Source: an uncultured Candidatus Saccharibacteria bacterium | Lineage (GTDB): Bacteria > Patescibacteriota > Saccharimonadia > Saccharimonadales > JACQNP01 | Assembly: GCA_964590725.1 (NCBI GenBank) | Contig: CAZPWF010000001.1 | Coordinates: forward strand, 23,937 to 87,936 | Direction: 5' to 3' | DNA length: 64,000 bases | Shown here: piece by piece, positions 29,649 to 39,242 of the stretch | Position numbering within the stretch: position 1 is the stretch's first letter | How the letters are laid out: the number at the start of each line of letters is the position of its first letter | Position numbers and translations under genes: made by a program | Notes under the pieces: generated by a model | Seen by the model: only the letters and a program-made list of their open reading frames with translations | Databases searched by the model: none | What the model was told of the DNA's origin: nothing

Positions 29649-30633
29649 GTTTTATCCTTGGGGCTTTTTTGGGTGTAGCCGATTGGAATATGCTAGGGAT
29701 CCCAGCCGAAATGCTACCATTGACCGTTCCAATAGTAAGTCCTATAACCGCCAATGCAGTTACAACGCCTGCCCCGGCAACATAATACGGAGTTTTGTTA
29801 TTTGAGATATTCCCAGCTACAGCCTCGCTGTTCGCTTCAGACTTATTGGATGTCGATATCGCGCTTAAGTAAAGTTGTTTTGATTTGCCTGACTGATCAG
29901 TTACGGTTATAACAATTATTCTGTTATCGGCAGTTTTATAGGTATGGTTTATTACTTTTTTAGCAGTAGAATCGAACTTGTAAGTCTTTTTTGTTCCATC
30001 TCCCCAATCTACTACCATAACAAATGGCGGGGCACCCTTATCAATGTCAACTGTTAGCTCTATCTCCTTATTTGGACGAAAAACAATAAAAACTCGATCA
30101 GTTGTAAAGTTTAAATCTTCATTTGGTTCATTTGAATTGAGGTTATTTTGTGTATTGCTTGGGCTATTAACTTTTGTTTCTTTGTCTTTAAGTGGATTTG
30201 AAGTAATTAAAGGGTTGTATCTCACTAATACCGGCTGACCATCTAGGCCAGCATCGTTTGTAATGTTGAGCAGCTTTGGTATTAGGCTGTTATCACCTTC
30301 GACAAGTTGAATTTCTAAAGTAAATTGTCCTGTCGCGCTACAAGTTGTAGACCCGGCAAAAACGCCATTTCGCCAAATCAATACTGTCTGGGCAGGGTTC
30401 GTAACAGGGCATTCACCTTTAACTGATATTGCATCAGATATGACTGAAGAATTATTAATTGGCTGGGTAATAATGGCAGGTTGCGAAGGTATCTCTGCAG
30501 AAACCTTTGCTGAAACATCATAAGTATCGGCGTATACACGGCCTGCATAAACAAAACCTACAGACAGATAAAAAGTAATTAAAAAAAGTAAACCCGTCTT
30601 AAACGAATCCCCTACGATTTGTTTATTACCCAT
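29635..30633 (-). CDS. Surface protein with N-terminal signal, Ig/PKD-like domain and C-terminal TM anchor plus basic tail
   Basis: 332 aa. PKD-like VVDWGDGTKKTY motif. C-terminal helix VVTALAVIGLTIGTV and KKAPRIKRVKK tail. Confidence 0.5.
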   Translation of the reverse strand: MGNKQIVGDSFKTGLLFLITFYLSVGFVYAGRVYADTYDVSAKVSAEIPSQPAIITQPINNSSVISDAISVKGECPVTNPAQTVLIWRNGVFAGSTTCSATGQFTLEIQLVEGDNSLIPKLLNITNDAGLDGQPVLVRYNPLITSNPLKDKETKVNSPSNTQNNLNSNEPNEDLNFTTDRVFIVFRPNKEIELTVDIDKGAPPFVMVVDWGDGTKKTYKFDSTAKKVINHTYKTADNRIIVITVTDQSGKSKQLYLSAISTSNKSEANSEAVAGNISNNKTPYYVAGAGVVTALAVIGLTIGTVNGSISAGIPSIFQSATPKKAPRIKRVKK

Positions 30634-30733
30634 TAGAATATTGTAACACCCTGAAAACTTAAACTGTCTATGGGGTGGATTTTTATTTACTTTAGTGATA
30701 TAATTAGCTTATATTTTAGCGGGAGAGTCGTCG

Positions 30734-32026
30734 ATGACAGTTTCAAAAAAACCAACCAAAGAAGAAAAAGCGCTACTTATCCAAGTTGCAGAGCTCCAAG
30801 CAGAAGTCGCAAGATTAAGCGCAAATTCAAACCATCGCCTAACATCTAAACTAAAAAGCATAATGCGACAACTAGCCATCTGGGTGTGCGTGGTCGTCTG
30901 TGCGCTAATGCTCAACCTAGGCACAGCGGCAATATGGCTTAAACGGAATGTCGTCAACACCGCCGTTTGGACCGATAAAACCAGCCAACTGATGCAGGCT
31001 GAATCAGTGCGAACAGAAATTGCGAGTCAAATTACAGACGAAATTTTTAGTAAAGCCGACGTCGAAGCCACAGTAAAAGAAATTATTCCACCAAAGATAT
31101 CGGCTCTTTCTGTGCCACTTACTAATAATCTGAAGACTTTTACGTCTACAAAGATTTCTGAATTACTAGCTTCACAGAAGTTCCAAACCTACTGGACAGA
31201 AGCAAACCAAAGCGCTCATGCAGGGATTATCGCAAGTTTAGAAAATGGCGGTAAGGCGCCGCAGGATACGTCTAAGTATATCGTTTACATCTCGAACGAT
31301 GCACTATTACTAAATTTACAACCGATTTTTTCGAACATTCAAACTGAACTTAGCAGCAAAGGCCTGCCATTCGTTGGCAATGTCGACCCAGCTCGGCTTA
31401 ACAAAACAGTAACTATCACAGAAATACAATCTCTACCAACGGTACTTCAAGCATTTAATATTATTAATAAAACGGCAAAATTATTACCTGTAATAGGTAT
31501 ACTGGCTGGGTTTTTAGCTGTATTCTTGAGCAAAAAGAAACGAAATACTATACTCGCAATTTGCCTAACAACAGCTGGGCTCATGATATTAAATGTGCAG
31601 CTTATATTTTTGGCAAAGTATCCGCTCGTTGAAAAAGCATCCCAAGCACTCAGCACATCATCCAGCCAGGCCGCCCAAGATGTGTTTTCTATACTTACTA
31701 ACGATCTTATCCTTATCGATCGAGCCTTACTAGGTATTTCGGTCATTGTGTTTATAGCAGCACTACTTTCTGGTGGGGGCAAAATCGCAACAAATATTCG
31801 ACTATTTATTGCACGTTTTACTAGCCCCAAATCTGAAAATAAGTTCTTTAACTTCGTTGCAGACAATGCCGGTATTTTGATAGCAGGAATAGCAGCAGTA
31901 AGTGCATTACTTATTGTATTCCCGATTGTTAAAGGTTATGTATTCCCACTAATAGTAATAACTGTTGCCAGCTTGTTGAGCATATGGGCCCTATCAATCA
32001 AAACTGCCCGCAAAACTCTTAAATAG
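30734..32026 (+). CDS. Hypothetical membrane protein (N-terminal coiled-coil segment, several C-terminal TM helices)
   Basis: 430 aa. Divergently transcribed from the surface-protein locus. No catalytic motif recognised. Confidence 0.5.
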   Translation: MTVSKKPTKEEKALLIQVAELQAEVARLSANSNHRLTSKLKSIMRQLAIWVCVVVCALMLNLGTAAIWLKRNVVNTAVWTDKTSQLMQAESVRTEIASQITDEIFSKADVEATVKEIIPPKISALSVPLTNNLKTFTSTKISELLASQKFQTYWTEANQSAHAGIIASLENGGKAPQDTSKYIVYISNDALLLNLQPIFSNIQTELSSKGLPFVGNVDPARLNKTVTITEIQSLPTVLQAFNIINKTAKLLPVIGILAGFLAVFLSKKKRNTILAICLTTAGLMILNVQLIFLAKYPLVEKASQALSTSSSQAAQDVFSILTNDLILIDRALLGISVIVFIAALLSGGGKIATNIRLFIARFTSPKSENKFFNFVADNAGILIAGIAAVSALLIVFPIVKGYVFPLIVITVASLLSIWALSIKTARKTLK

Positions 32027-32103
32027 GTCGATTTAAAAAATAACTGTTGACAAACTCTGTGTGTTGTTTGATTATTGAGTCATCAATATAAGGAGGAGCG
32101 GAA

Positions 32104-32658
32104 GTGAAAAATTCTAAAACGGATCCAAATCTGGAGACTATTAAGTTACTCACAATTTCAAGAGGGCTTATTTCAATACTATTTGGTATCATCGCACTAG
32201 TTTGGCCAGGCCTTACTCTAGTAACATTTGCAATATTAATTACAATTTGGCTACTCGCAAGTGGTGTTATAAATATCATCCGGGGCATTATGGGAATCGG
32301 CCAGGGGAGTAGCTGGATATTCACAATACTTCTTGCAATTCTACAAATCGGTATCGGTGCATACTTAATCCAACGCCCAATACTAACATCTGCAACAATT
32401 GTCGCATTGATTGCTATTGCATTCGTTGTTGAAGGTGTCGTTTCAATAATCGTACCTTTCGTCGAAGGGAAGCGTGAAACTGGCGGAAGTAAAGCGCTTA
32501 CCGTTATTTTCGGCGTCATAGCACTACTTGCTGGTATTTCAATCTGGCGATATCCTGTAAGTGGCGGCCTGGCTTTCGTATGGGTTGTCGGCTTATTTGC
32601 GCTAATCTCTGGTCCAATGTGGATTGCAGAAGGCATGCGAATCAAAACAGCTGAATAG
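32104..32658 (+). CDS. HdeD/DUF308 family membrane protein
   Basis: 184 aa, six helices. Strong SD AAGGAGGAG before the GTG start. Confidence 0.65.
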   Translation: MKNSKTDPNLETIKLLTISRGLISILFGIIALVWPGLTLVTFAILITIWLLASGVINIIRGIMGIGQGSSWIFTILLAILQIGIGAYLIQRPILTSATIVALIAIAFVVEGVVSIIVPFVEGKRETGGSKALTVIFGVIALLAGISIWRYPVSGGLAFVWVVGLFALISGPMWIAEGMRIKTAE

Positions 32659-32750
32659 ATCAGATATATTCTAAAGCTATAAATACGGCTCTCTAAATCA
32701 TGGGAGTCGTATTTTAATTGAACACACCTAATGGTTTATACTATTAGTAG

Positions 32751-33356
32751 ATGCCAAGAAAAAAACAAATTCATCTAGAAACAGTCCTACCACTTATTCT
32801 AATAATTTGTGGGTTAATCGGCTTGGCTGCAGCATTTGTGCTGACTTACGATAAGATTCATGTACTAAAAAATCCTCTTTATGATCCTCCCTGCAACATC
32901 AACCCGGTACTAAGTTGTGGGTCGGTCATGAAAACTGAACAAGCAAGCTTACTCGGTATACCAAATACTATTTTCGGGCTTATAGGATTTACGGCCTTAA
33001 TTACTTTTGGTTTTTTGCTTCTTGGTGGCGCCAAGGTGCAAAAGTGGGTATGGCAAGTTGCTCAAGGCGCCGCTACAGTTGGCGTGTTATTCATGCATTA
33101 TCTTTTCTTCCAAGGAGTTTATAGAATTAACGCAATCTGTCCTTGGTGTTTTGTAACCTGGATGATCACAATACCCATTTTCATGTATGTGACGGTTTAT
33201 AACCTGCAAAGCGACAACTTACCATTACCAAAATCTTGGCAGCCGACGTCCAAATGGATACAACGCAACCACGGCAATATACTAATTGGTTGGTATACGA
33301 TTATATTCTTAATATTGCTTCAACATTTCTGGTACTACTGGAGCACACTCATTTAA
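32751..33356 (+). CDS. Vitamin K epoxide reductase (VKOR) family disulfide-bond-forming membrane protein
   Basis: 201 aa. Loop cysteine pair (DPPCNINPVLSCGS) and TM CxxC (AICPWCFVTW), the VKOR arrangement. Confidence 0.65.
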   Translation: MPRKKQIHLETVLPLILIICGLIGLAAAFVLTYDKIHVLKNPLYDPPCNINPVLSCGSVMKTEQASLLGIPNTIFGLIGFTALITFGFLLLGGAKVQKWVWQVAQGAATVGVLFMHYLFFQGVYRINAICPWCFVTWMITIPIFMYVTVYNLQSDNLPLPKSWQPTSKWIQRNHGNILIGWYTIIFLILLQHFWYYWSTLI

Positions 33357-33368
33357 AGGTCGCGCTTC

Positions 33369-34097
33369 ATGGCAAAATCCAAAAACAAATACATAAAACT
33401 AAGCTTTCGAAAACGCAATGTAAAATTACTACTTGATAAAGTGTTGATATTTAGATTTATCAGGCAATTACATGGAAGATTCTGGGGTGTTGCTGCGGTT
33501 ACAGGTCTTACTATCGGCTTGACTGTATGTTTTCTTATTAGGCCCGATATGTTCGTAATCACTACGGCATTTAGCGATTTCGGAAACGACATCCGCACTG
33601 CACCATATTTTTCGGGGGCTGTATTCTTCGCAGCATATGGATTATGGCGATGGAGAAACTACGTCGCTCGCACCTTAAAACACAGCACAACATTTTATTA
33701 TCTGATAAGTCTTACTATTCTGGGCTTATATCTGGTGGCTCTAATGCCGGTTAGCTGGAAGCCGTGGCCATACAGAATCCATATATTTGGCTTTACGCTC
33801 GTGGGACTTACTATTATGGCAATTGTTGTTACGGATGGGCTGATAAGTAAAACCCGACGAACAAAACATACAAAAACCTGGCAACTCCTACGAATAACTT
33901 CAATACTTCTAATTCTTGTTGGCGGTGCGCTTACTTTCGGCTCTGTGCCCGCAATCGGGTGGTTTGATGTCTCGCTACTGGGTGAGACAATGATGCTTGG
34001 AGGTTACGCGTTGTGGATTTACTTTAAAACCTACCTCGGTGAAGGAGCACAATCCCAACTTTCTAAACTAGCCAGAAAGATTGGTTTAATAAACTAG
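33369..34097 (+). CDS. Hypothetical polytopic membrane protein
   Basis: 242 aa, about six TM helices. 12 nt downstream of the VKOR gene, so likely co-transcribed. Confidence 0.45.
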   Translation: MAKSKNKYIKLSFRKRNVKLLLDKVLIFRFIRQLHGRFWGVAAVTGLTIGLTVCFLIRPDMFVITTAFSDFGNDIRTAPYFSGAVFFAAYGLWRWRNYVARTLKHSTTFYYLISLTILGLYLVALMPVSWKPWPYRIHIFGFTLVGLTIMAIVVTDGLISKTRRTKHTKTWQLLRITSILLILVGGALTFGSVPAIGWFDVSLLGETMMLGGYALWIYFKTYLGEGAQSQLSKLARKIGLIN

Positions 34098-34099
34098 CC

Positions 34100-34555
34100 T
34101 CACTCGTGATGGTAGGGAAGTCCGCGATTAATCGCACTGGCACGATATATTTGTTCAATTAACATCACTCTTACGAGTTCATGAGGAAACACAAGTTTTG
34201 AAAGTGAAAGAGTAAAATCTGGTTGTATTACTTCAGGGTTTACACCATACGCGCCACCAATAACAAATGTAACTCGATGTTGTTCGCGCTCCCATTGCTG
34301 AAACTCGTTCGCAAAAGCATTATTGTCTAACTGCGAGCCTCTGTCGTCAAGCAATACTACTAAACTGTCCTTACAAAACCTAGCAATACGTTTGCTCTCT
34401 TCTTCCTTACGTCGTGCCTCAGGTAGATTTCCGGCATGATCGATGAATTGCCAATTTGTTTCGATATTACGAGGCAACCTTTTCTCATAAGCATCACAAA
34501 GCTCAGCAACGGCTGATCCTGACTTTTTGCCAACACTAATAATTGTGAGTTTCAT
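34100..34555 (-). CDS. rlmH: 23S rRNA (pseudouridine1915-N3)-methyltransferase RlmH (SPOUT family)
   Basis: 151 aa. Motifs VVLLDDRGSQLDN, VTFVIGGAYGV, SLSKLVFPHELVRVMLIEQIYRA, and the GLPYHHE terminus characteristic of RlmH. Confidence 0.8.
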   Translation of the reverse strand: MKLTIISVGKKSGSAVAELCDAYEKRLPRNIETNWQFIDHAGNLPEARRKEEESKRIARFCKDSLVVLLDDRGSQLDNNAFANEFQQWEREQHRVTFVIGGAYGVNPEVIQPDFTLSLSKLVFPHELVRVMLIEQIYRASAINRGLPYHHE

Positions 34556-34558
34556 AGG

Positions 34559-35788
34559 TTATTGGTAGCGCAGTGATTCTATAGGATCTTTACGGGCTGC
34601 TCGAAGCGCCGGCATAGTTCCGAACAAGACTCCAACAAACAGAGCAACACCAACCGACACAAACATAATAGGTAGAGTAATGACGGGCTTAAGATCGGTT
34701 AATATACGAATAAGATAATTACCGACTATGGATAAAAGTATGCCAAAAAATCCACCAACCACACTAATCACAGCTGCTTCGGTAATGAATTGTGAAAGAA
34801 TTTGGTAATTAGTTGCGCCAACAGCCTTGCGCAGACCTATTTCCCGCGTACGCTCACTTACTAGTACCAACATAATATTCATTATCCCGATGCCTCCGAC
34901 TAGAAGCGAAAGCCCGGCAACTGTGGCAATCAGAGTAGTAAGTAAATTGAGCGTATTACTTACTACTGCTAGATTTTCATCTTGCCGAAGCACAGTAAAG
35001 TCTTCCTCGCCACCATGGGCGGTACGCAGTTTATCCCTTATTTCAGTGACCGCTGCAGCGACATGTTTACTGTCAGTTGGTTTTGCTAGTGTTTGATAAA
35101 TTTGAACCTGTCCGCCGCCCAAGTCTTTACTGACATCATATGGGATAAATAGAGCTGTGTTGTAATCGGCAGTAGAAACCAGTGGGCTGCCAGGGAATTC
35201 TTCAAACACTCCACGAACTATAAATGGCTTGCCTCGTATCAAAACGCTCTTTCCTATTGGTGCTAACTCCTGAAAGAGCTGTTCAGCAACACGCTTACCT
35301 ATCACAACTACCTGTTTATCCTTATCATCCTGAGAAAAAAAATTACCATATTCCAATTTTTGATTTAAAAGTTCGGGTACATTATATGAAGTTCCAACTA
35401 TAAACCCAGAGGGCATTGTGCGGTTTTCGTAACGAGGCAGCCCGGACACAACATTAAATGGCGATATCTGGCCAACATCTTTCGACGATTGTATCTGCTT
35501 CAAGTCTGCTTCGGAAAACGCTCCAGCGCCTATGGAAGTGAAGTAATTTACGCCTACAATTTTGTCATCTTTGTCTTTTGTTACCGCAGCTCCGGGCCTA
35601 ATGGTAATAAGGTCACTGCCCAGCTGCTGAACTTGTTGTGATACTTGATGTTTTACACCCTCGCCAATACTGACAGTTATAACTACACTGGCAACACCGA
35701 TTATTATGCCGAACATCGTCAGAAAACTGCGCCAGCGAGCGCTTCTAATTGAAGCAAAGGCTAGTCTAATATTACGTGTCAGCAACAT
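34559..35788 (-). CDS. ABC transporter permease, FtsX/MacB-type
   Basis: 409 aa. N-terminal TM, large extracytoplasmic domain, C-terminal FtsX three-helix module (VSERTREIGLRKAVGA). Confidence 0.8.
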   Translation of the reverse strand: MLLTRNIRLAFASIRSARWRSFLTMFGIIIGVASVVITVSIGEGVKHQVSQQVQQLGSDLITIRPGAAVTKDKDDKIVGVNYFTSIGAGAFSEADLKQIQSSKDVGQISPFNVVSGLPRYENRTMPSGFIVGTSYNVPELLNQKLEYGNFFSQDDKDKQVVVIGKRVAEQLFQELAPIGKSVLIRGKPFIVRGVFEEFPGSPLVSTADYNTALFIPYDVSKDLGGGQVQIYQTLAKPTDSKHVAAAVTEIRDKLRTAHGGEEDFTVLRQDENLAVVSNTLNLLTTLIATVAGLSLLVGGIGIMNIMLVLVSERTREIGLRKAVGATNYQILSQFITEAAVISVVGGFFGILLSIVGNYLIRILTDLKPVITLPIMFVSVGVALFVGVLFGTMPALRAARKDPIESLRYQ

Positions 35789-36666
35789 TATTTATCGCTC
35801 CTATTTGTTGCCTGAGATTTGTATTTTTTTTGTTTTGTTTTTGATTTTGCCTTACGTAACGAAGCCTTGGATTCTTTGTCTGGAACTGTTTTCATAATTG
35901 CATTAACACCCTCTAGGTCGTCAACAGGGGATTTGATCTTTACGCTATACATTCTACGACGTATGAAGCCTGGAATTTCACCCAATTCAGATTTTTCATC
36001 TGCAACAATTGCGCCATCATGCATAAACACAACCCTGGACGCATAGCGAGTCAGTTCTGGATTATGGGTAACCATTAAAATAGTATTACCATCCTTATGT
36101 ATCTCGTTGAGAAGCTCCATGACTACTAGGCTTGAGGCACTGTCAAGATTCCCGGTCGGCTCATCAGCTATGATAATTTTCGGGGATGCCACAAGTGCGC
36201 GAGCTATCGCCACTCGCTGCGCTTGACCTCCACTTAATTGCTGAGGCATAAAATACTCGCGATCCGACAATCCAACTTGTTCAAGAATCGCACCCGCTCG
36301 TTTCAATCGCCTAGTCTGAGTCATACCCTTATATGCAAGCGGCAATGCAACGTTCTCTAGAACGTTAAGTCTTGGTAATAAATTAAACGACTGAAAAACA
36401 AATCCAACGGTGTCACGTCGTACTTTTGCGCGTCGATTCGAACTCATACGTTCAACTCGACGACCGCCAAGTTCATAGCTTCCATGAGTCGGCCGATCAA
36501 GCAACCCCACCATATTCATAAGAGTCGTTTTACCAGACCCAGAAGGGCCCATAACTGCCACGAACTCACCTTGTTCAATCGTGAGGTTGACTTCATCGAG
36601 TGCTACCGTAGTGGCATCGCCAAAGCCGTACAGTTTACTGACGTCTTTTAATTCAATAATTGGCAT
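35788..36666 (-). CDS. ABC transporter ATP-binding protein, MacB/LolD-type, with Lys-rich C-terminal extension
   Basis: Walker A GPSGSGKTT, signature LSGGQAQRVAIARAL, Walker B IIADEPTGNLD. C-terminal KASLRKAKSKTKQKKYK tail. Confidence 0.85.
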   Translation of the reverse strand: MPIIELKDVSKLYGFGDATTVALDEVNLTIEQGEFVAVMGPSGSGKTTLMNMVGLLDRPTHGSYELGGRRVERMSSNRRAKVRRDTVGFVFQSFNLLPRLNVLENVALPLAYKGMTQTRRLKRAGAILEQVGLSDREYFMPQQLSGGQAQRVAIARALVASPKIIIADEPTGNLDSASSLVVMELLNEIHKDGNTILMVTHNPELTRYASRVVFMHDGAIVADEKSELGEIPGFIRRRMYSVKIKSPVDDLEGVNAIMKTVPDKESKASLRKAKSKTKQKKYKSQATNRSDK

Positions 36667-36751
36667 TGTTACTTATTATTCTAAACCCTTGTTAACAGAT
36701 AAGGCAAGAACATTATGTAATTCAATATTTTTGCTATACTACACTTGTTGA

Positions 36752-36839
36752 GGAGAGGTCGCCTAGTGGCCTATGGCGCACGCTTGGAAAGCGTGTTGGG
36801 CGCAAGCCCTCGAGGGTTCGAATCCCTCTCTCTCCGCCA
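36752..36839 (+). tRNA. tRNA-Ser (anticodon GGA), CCA encoded
   Basis: Cloverleaf read by hand: acceptor GGAGAGG/CTCTCTCC, anticodon stem CACGC/GCGTG with loop TTGGAAA, long variable arm, T-loop GGTTCGAATCC, terminal GCCA. Confidence 0.85.
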
Positions 36840-37125
36840 AGAATATAGTTCGGGACTGAACATTTACCCTAGAATGATCAATAAAATATAAGGTCTTTTT
36901 CAATTATCTTGGGATGTTATGAAATGACACTGTTCTTGTCGTTATCGTTTTTAAGCAACGAGATTTGAATCTTTGATAGTTTTACAAGTCTGTCACTTTC
37001 AATTTTACTAATATCAACTCCGTATTTATTATAACTACAGCTATAGATCATTATATTGGTCAGCGGCACGCACAATACCTATGGCAATAACAAAATGATA
37101 TAACTATTCAGAATTAAGGAGTTTT

Positions 37126-37668
37126 ATGAGTAACCAGAAAACTAATGTTGAAGATGGATGGAGTAGATACTACGTAAAAAGTTCAGGCGCTTTAACGCGG
37201 GATATTTCTGTATTTAGTGACGATGAATTCCAGGATCAAATATACAAAGTAGACGGTAAAATGTTTAAAAAAACTGCTAAAATTTTCGATGCAATGGACA
37301 CTGTTATCCTGAAAGCAGAAACAACAAAAACCGTTCCTATGAAAGTAAAATACACAAATACTGATGGAGTTTTGGTTGCTAATCTCGACGCAGATTCACC
37401 GCTTAAAAAGAAATACATGACTATTGGTTTAGTTGGTGGCGATGAGTGGGTTGTCGAAGGTGATCATGCAAATCAAAACTACACTGTTTTTGAAGATGGT
37501 AAGCCAATTGTAAAGATGAGGCTAGGATCTCTTTTGTCACATAAAAGGTTTTCTGTTGATATATCAGACGGCGTTGATACTCCATTAGTAATTGGTGTTG
37601 CGTGGGCCCTAAATTTAGCCATTCTCCAAAGAATAGCTGGTGCTGGTGGCGCAATAGCCGCAGTTTGA
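37126..37668 (+). CDS. LURP-one-related / Tubby C-terminal-like fold protein (DUF567-like)
   Basis: 180 aa. AAGGAG SD upstream. Paralogous to 38594-39103 (shared blocks: K--F/L-VK.K.G-RD, ADGIDMALALGLIWAVD vs SDGVDTPLVIGVAWALN). Size and pattern fit the LURP1/DUF567 family (recall-based). Confidence 0.45.
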   Translation: MSNQKTNVEDGWSRYYVKSSGALTRDISVFSDDEFQDQIYKVDGKMFKKTAKIFDAMDTVILKAETTKTVPMKVKYTNTDGVLVANLDADSPLKKKYMTIGLVGGDEWVVEGDHANQNYTVFEDGKPIVKMRLGSLLSHKRFSVDISDGVDTPLVIGVAWALNLAILQRIAGAGGAIAAV

Positions 37669-37771
37669 ATTGCTTATCAACACAATAATCTGATCCAACC
37701 TTTAAAATGTAAAGTCACTATTGTGCAGCACTTAAACCCATATTATTATAAAACCATAATTACAAGGGGGA

Positions 37772-38590
37772 GTGATGGCAAAAACAGAATCTAAGAGTGA
37801 GTATAGGCTGAAGCCGAGCTTAAAAAATGGTCTATTAATTGCCGTTTTATACATTATCTACTTCACTGTGGCACTGAAACTTTCGGGCGTAGGCTATGAG
37901 CACATCACCGATAGTGCTAATAACGTTTTAAAGGCTGTACTACTGCCGATGATCGGTGGGACAATTTTGCTTACCTTGATTGCCAAGTGGAGCGGCTGGT
38001 GGAAGGATTTATGGCACGACAAATATAAAATTAAAGGTCACAGTTGGATGAATTTGTTCGCCATCATTATGGGGATTGGCATAGTTTCTACTCTTGCTTC
38101 TGCCAAACTAGGTAGCGGAAATGGTCAGATGCTTGGTTATATATTCATGGCTACCGCTTTGGTTGGATATAACGAAGAACTGCTGTTTAGGGGAATGGTG
38201 TTGCGTGGCGCCCGCGGTTCTGGACTCAGTGAATTGCGAGTCATGCTAGTCGTCGCATTAAGCTTTGGCGTATTTCATGGCGCCAACTTACTACTTGGTC
38301 AAAGTCTGGCCCTAATATTACAGCAAATTGTTTTTGCTACTATTAATGGTGCGATTTTTTACTTAATCTTCCGTAAATCCGGTCTGCTGATCGTACCAAT
38401 GATATTGCACGGTCTGTGGGACTTTTCAGTGTTCGCTCGTCAATCCATACTCGGAAGTTCTCCCGAGCTAGCACCAGTATTCAAAACTATCGCTGCAATT
38501 GGGTTATATTTACCCATCATCTTACTGCTGGTATCGCTACGCTTTGTGAACGTCAAACCTGACAAAAAAGTCGCTGCAACGGCTGAATAA
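37772..38590 (+). CDS. CPBP family intramembrane glutamic endopeptidase (CAAX protease / Abi family)
   Basis: 272 aa polytopic. The three CPBP motifs: YNEELLFRG, FGVFHG, ILHGLWD. Confidence 0.75.
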   Translation: MMAKTESKSEYRLKPSLKNGLLIAVLYIIYFTVALKLSGVGYEHITDSANNVLKAVLLPMIGGTILLTLIAKWSGWWKDLWHDKYKIKGHSWMNLFAIIMGIGIVSTLASAKLGSGNGQMLGYIFMATALVGYNEELLFRGMVLRGARGSGLSELRVMLVVALSFGVFHGANLLLGQSLALILQQIVFATINGAIFYLIFRKSGLLIVPMILHGLWDFSVFARQSILGSSPELAPVFKTIAAIGLYLPIILLLVSLRFVNVKPDKKVAATAE

Positions 38591-38593
38591 AAC

Positions 38594-39103
38594 ATGTCTA
38601 ATATTACACCTAAGATGAAAAGATTCTTGGTAAAGAGTAAAATCGGCCTTGGTCGTGATTTTACAGTTTATGATGACGAAGACGCTACTAATAAAGTATT
38701 TTACATTGATGCCAAAATCGGTTTGGGCTCTAAGGCAGAGATCAAAAACGCCGACAACCAAGTGATCTATACAGCAAAAGGCAAGGTTATAAACATACCT
38801 CGTCGTATGGAATATTTTGCAACAGACGGCACATCGGTCGCTAAACTTAACGCTCACTTCTCACCAATCAAATCTCGTTTAACAATGAAGCTTGCCGATG
38901 GCAAAATTTGGGAATTAGAAGGCAACCTGATAGAAAAAAACTACCAAGTCAAAGAAGGTGACAAGATCATAATCAATATGGACCAGAAATGGCTGACAAT
39001 ACGAGATAAATATTATGTAGAAATTGCCGATGGAATAGATATGGCACTTGCTCTAGGACTTATATGGGCGGTTGATGTCTGGCGCGAAAACAAAAATAAC
39101 TAA
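38594..39103 (+). CDS. LURP-one-related / Tubby-like fold protein, paralog of 37126-37668
   Basis: 169 aa. 3 nt downstream of the CPBP gene. Conserved blocks shared with the upstream paralog. Confidence 0.45.
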   Translation: MSNITPKMKRFLVKSKIGLGRDFTVYDDEDATNKVFYIDAKIGLGSKAEIKNADNQVIYTAKGKVINIPRRMEYFATDGTSVAKLNAHFSPIKSRLTMKLADGKIWELEGNLIEKNYQVKEGDKIIINMDQKWLTIRDKYYVEIADGIDMALALGLIWAVDVWRENKNN

Positions 39104-39242
39104 TTTTTCAGTCAGTAAATATAACACTAAGAAAAATATATCCACAAGAGAAGAAATTGTGCTTGTGCTTTATTGACATCATGTACTATACTGCTCATGT
39201 AAAACTTAACTAAATAAATTGAGAAAGGGTGGGCACACTCTC

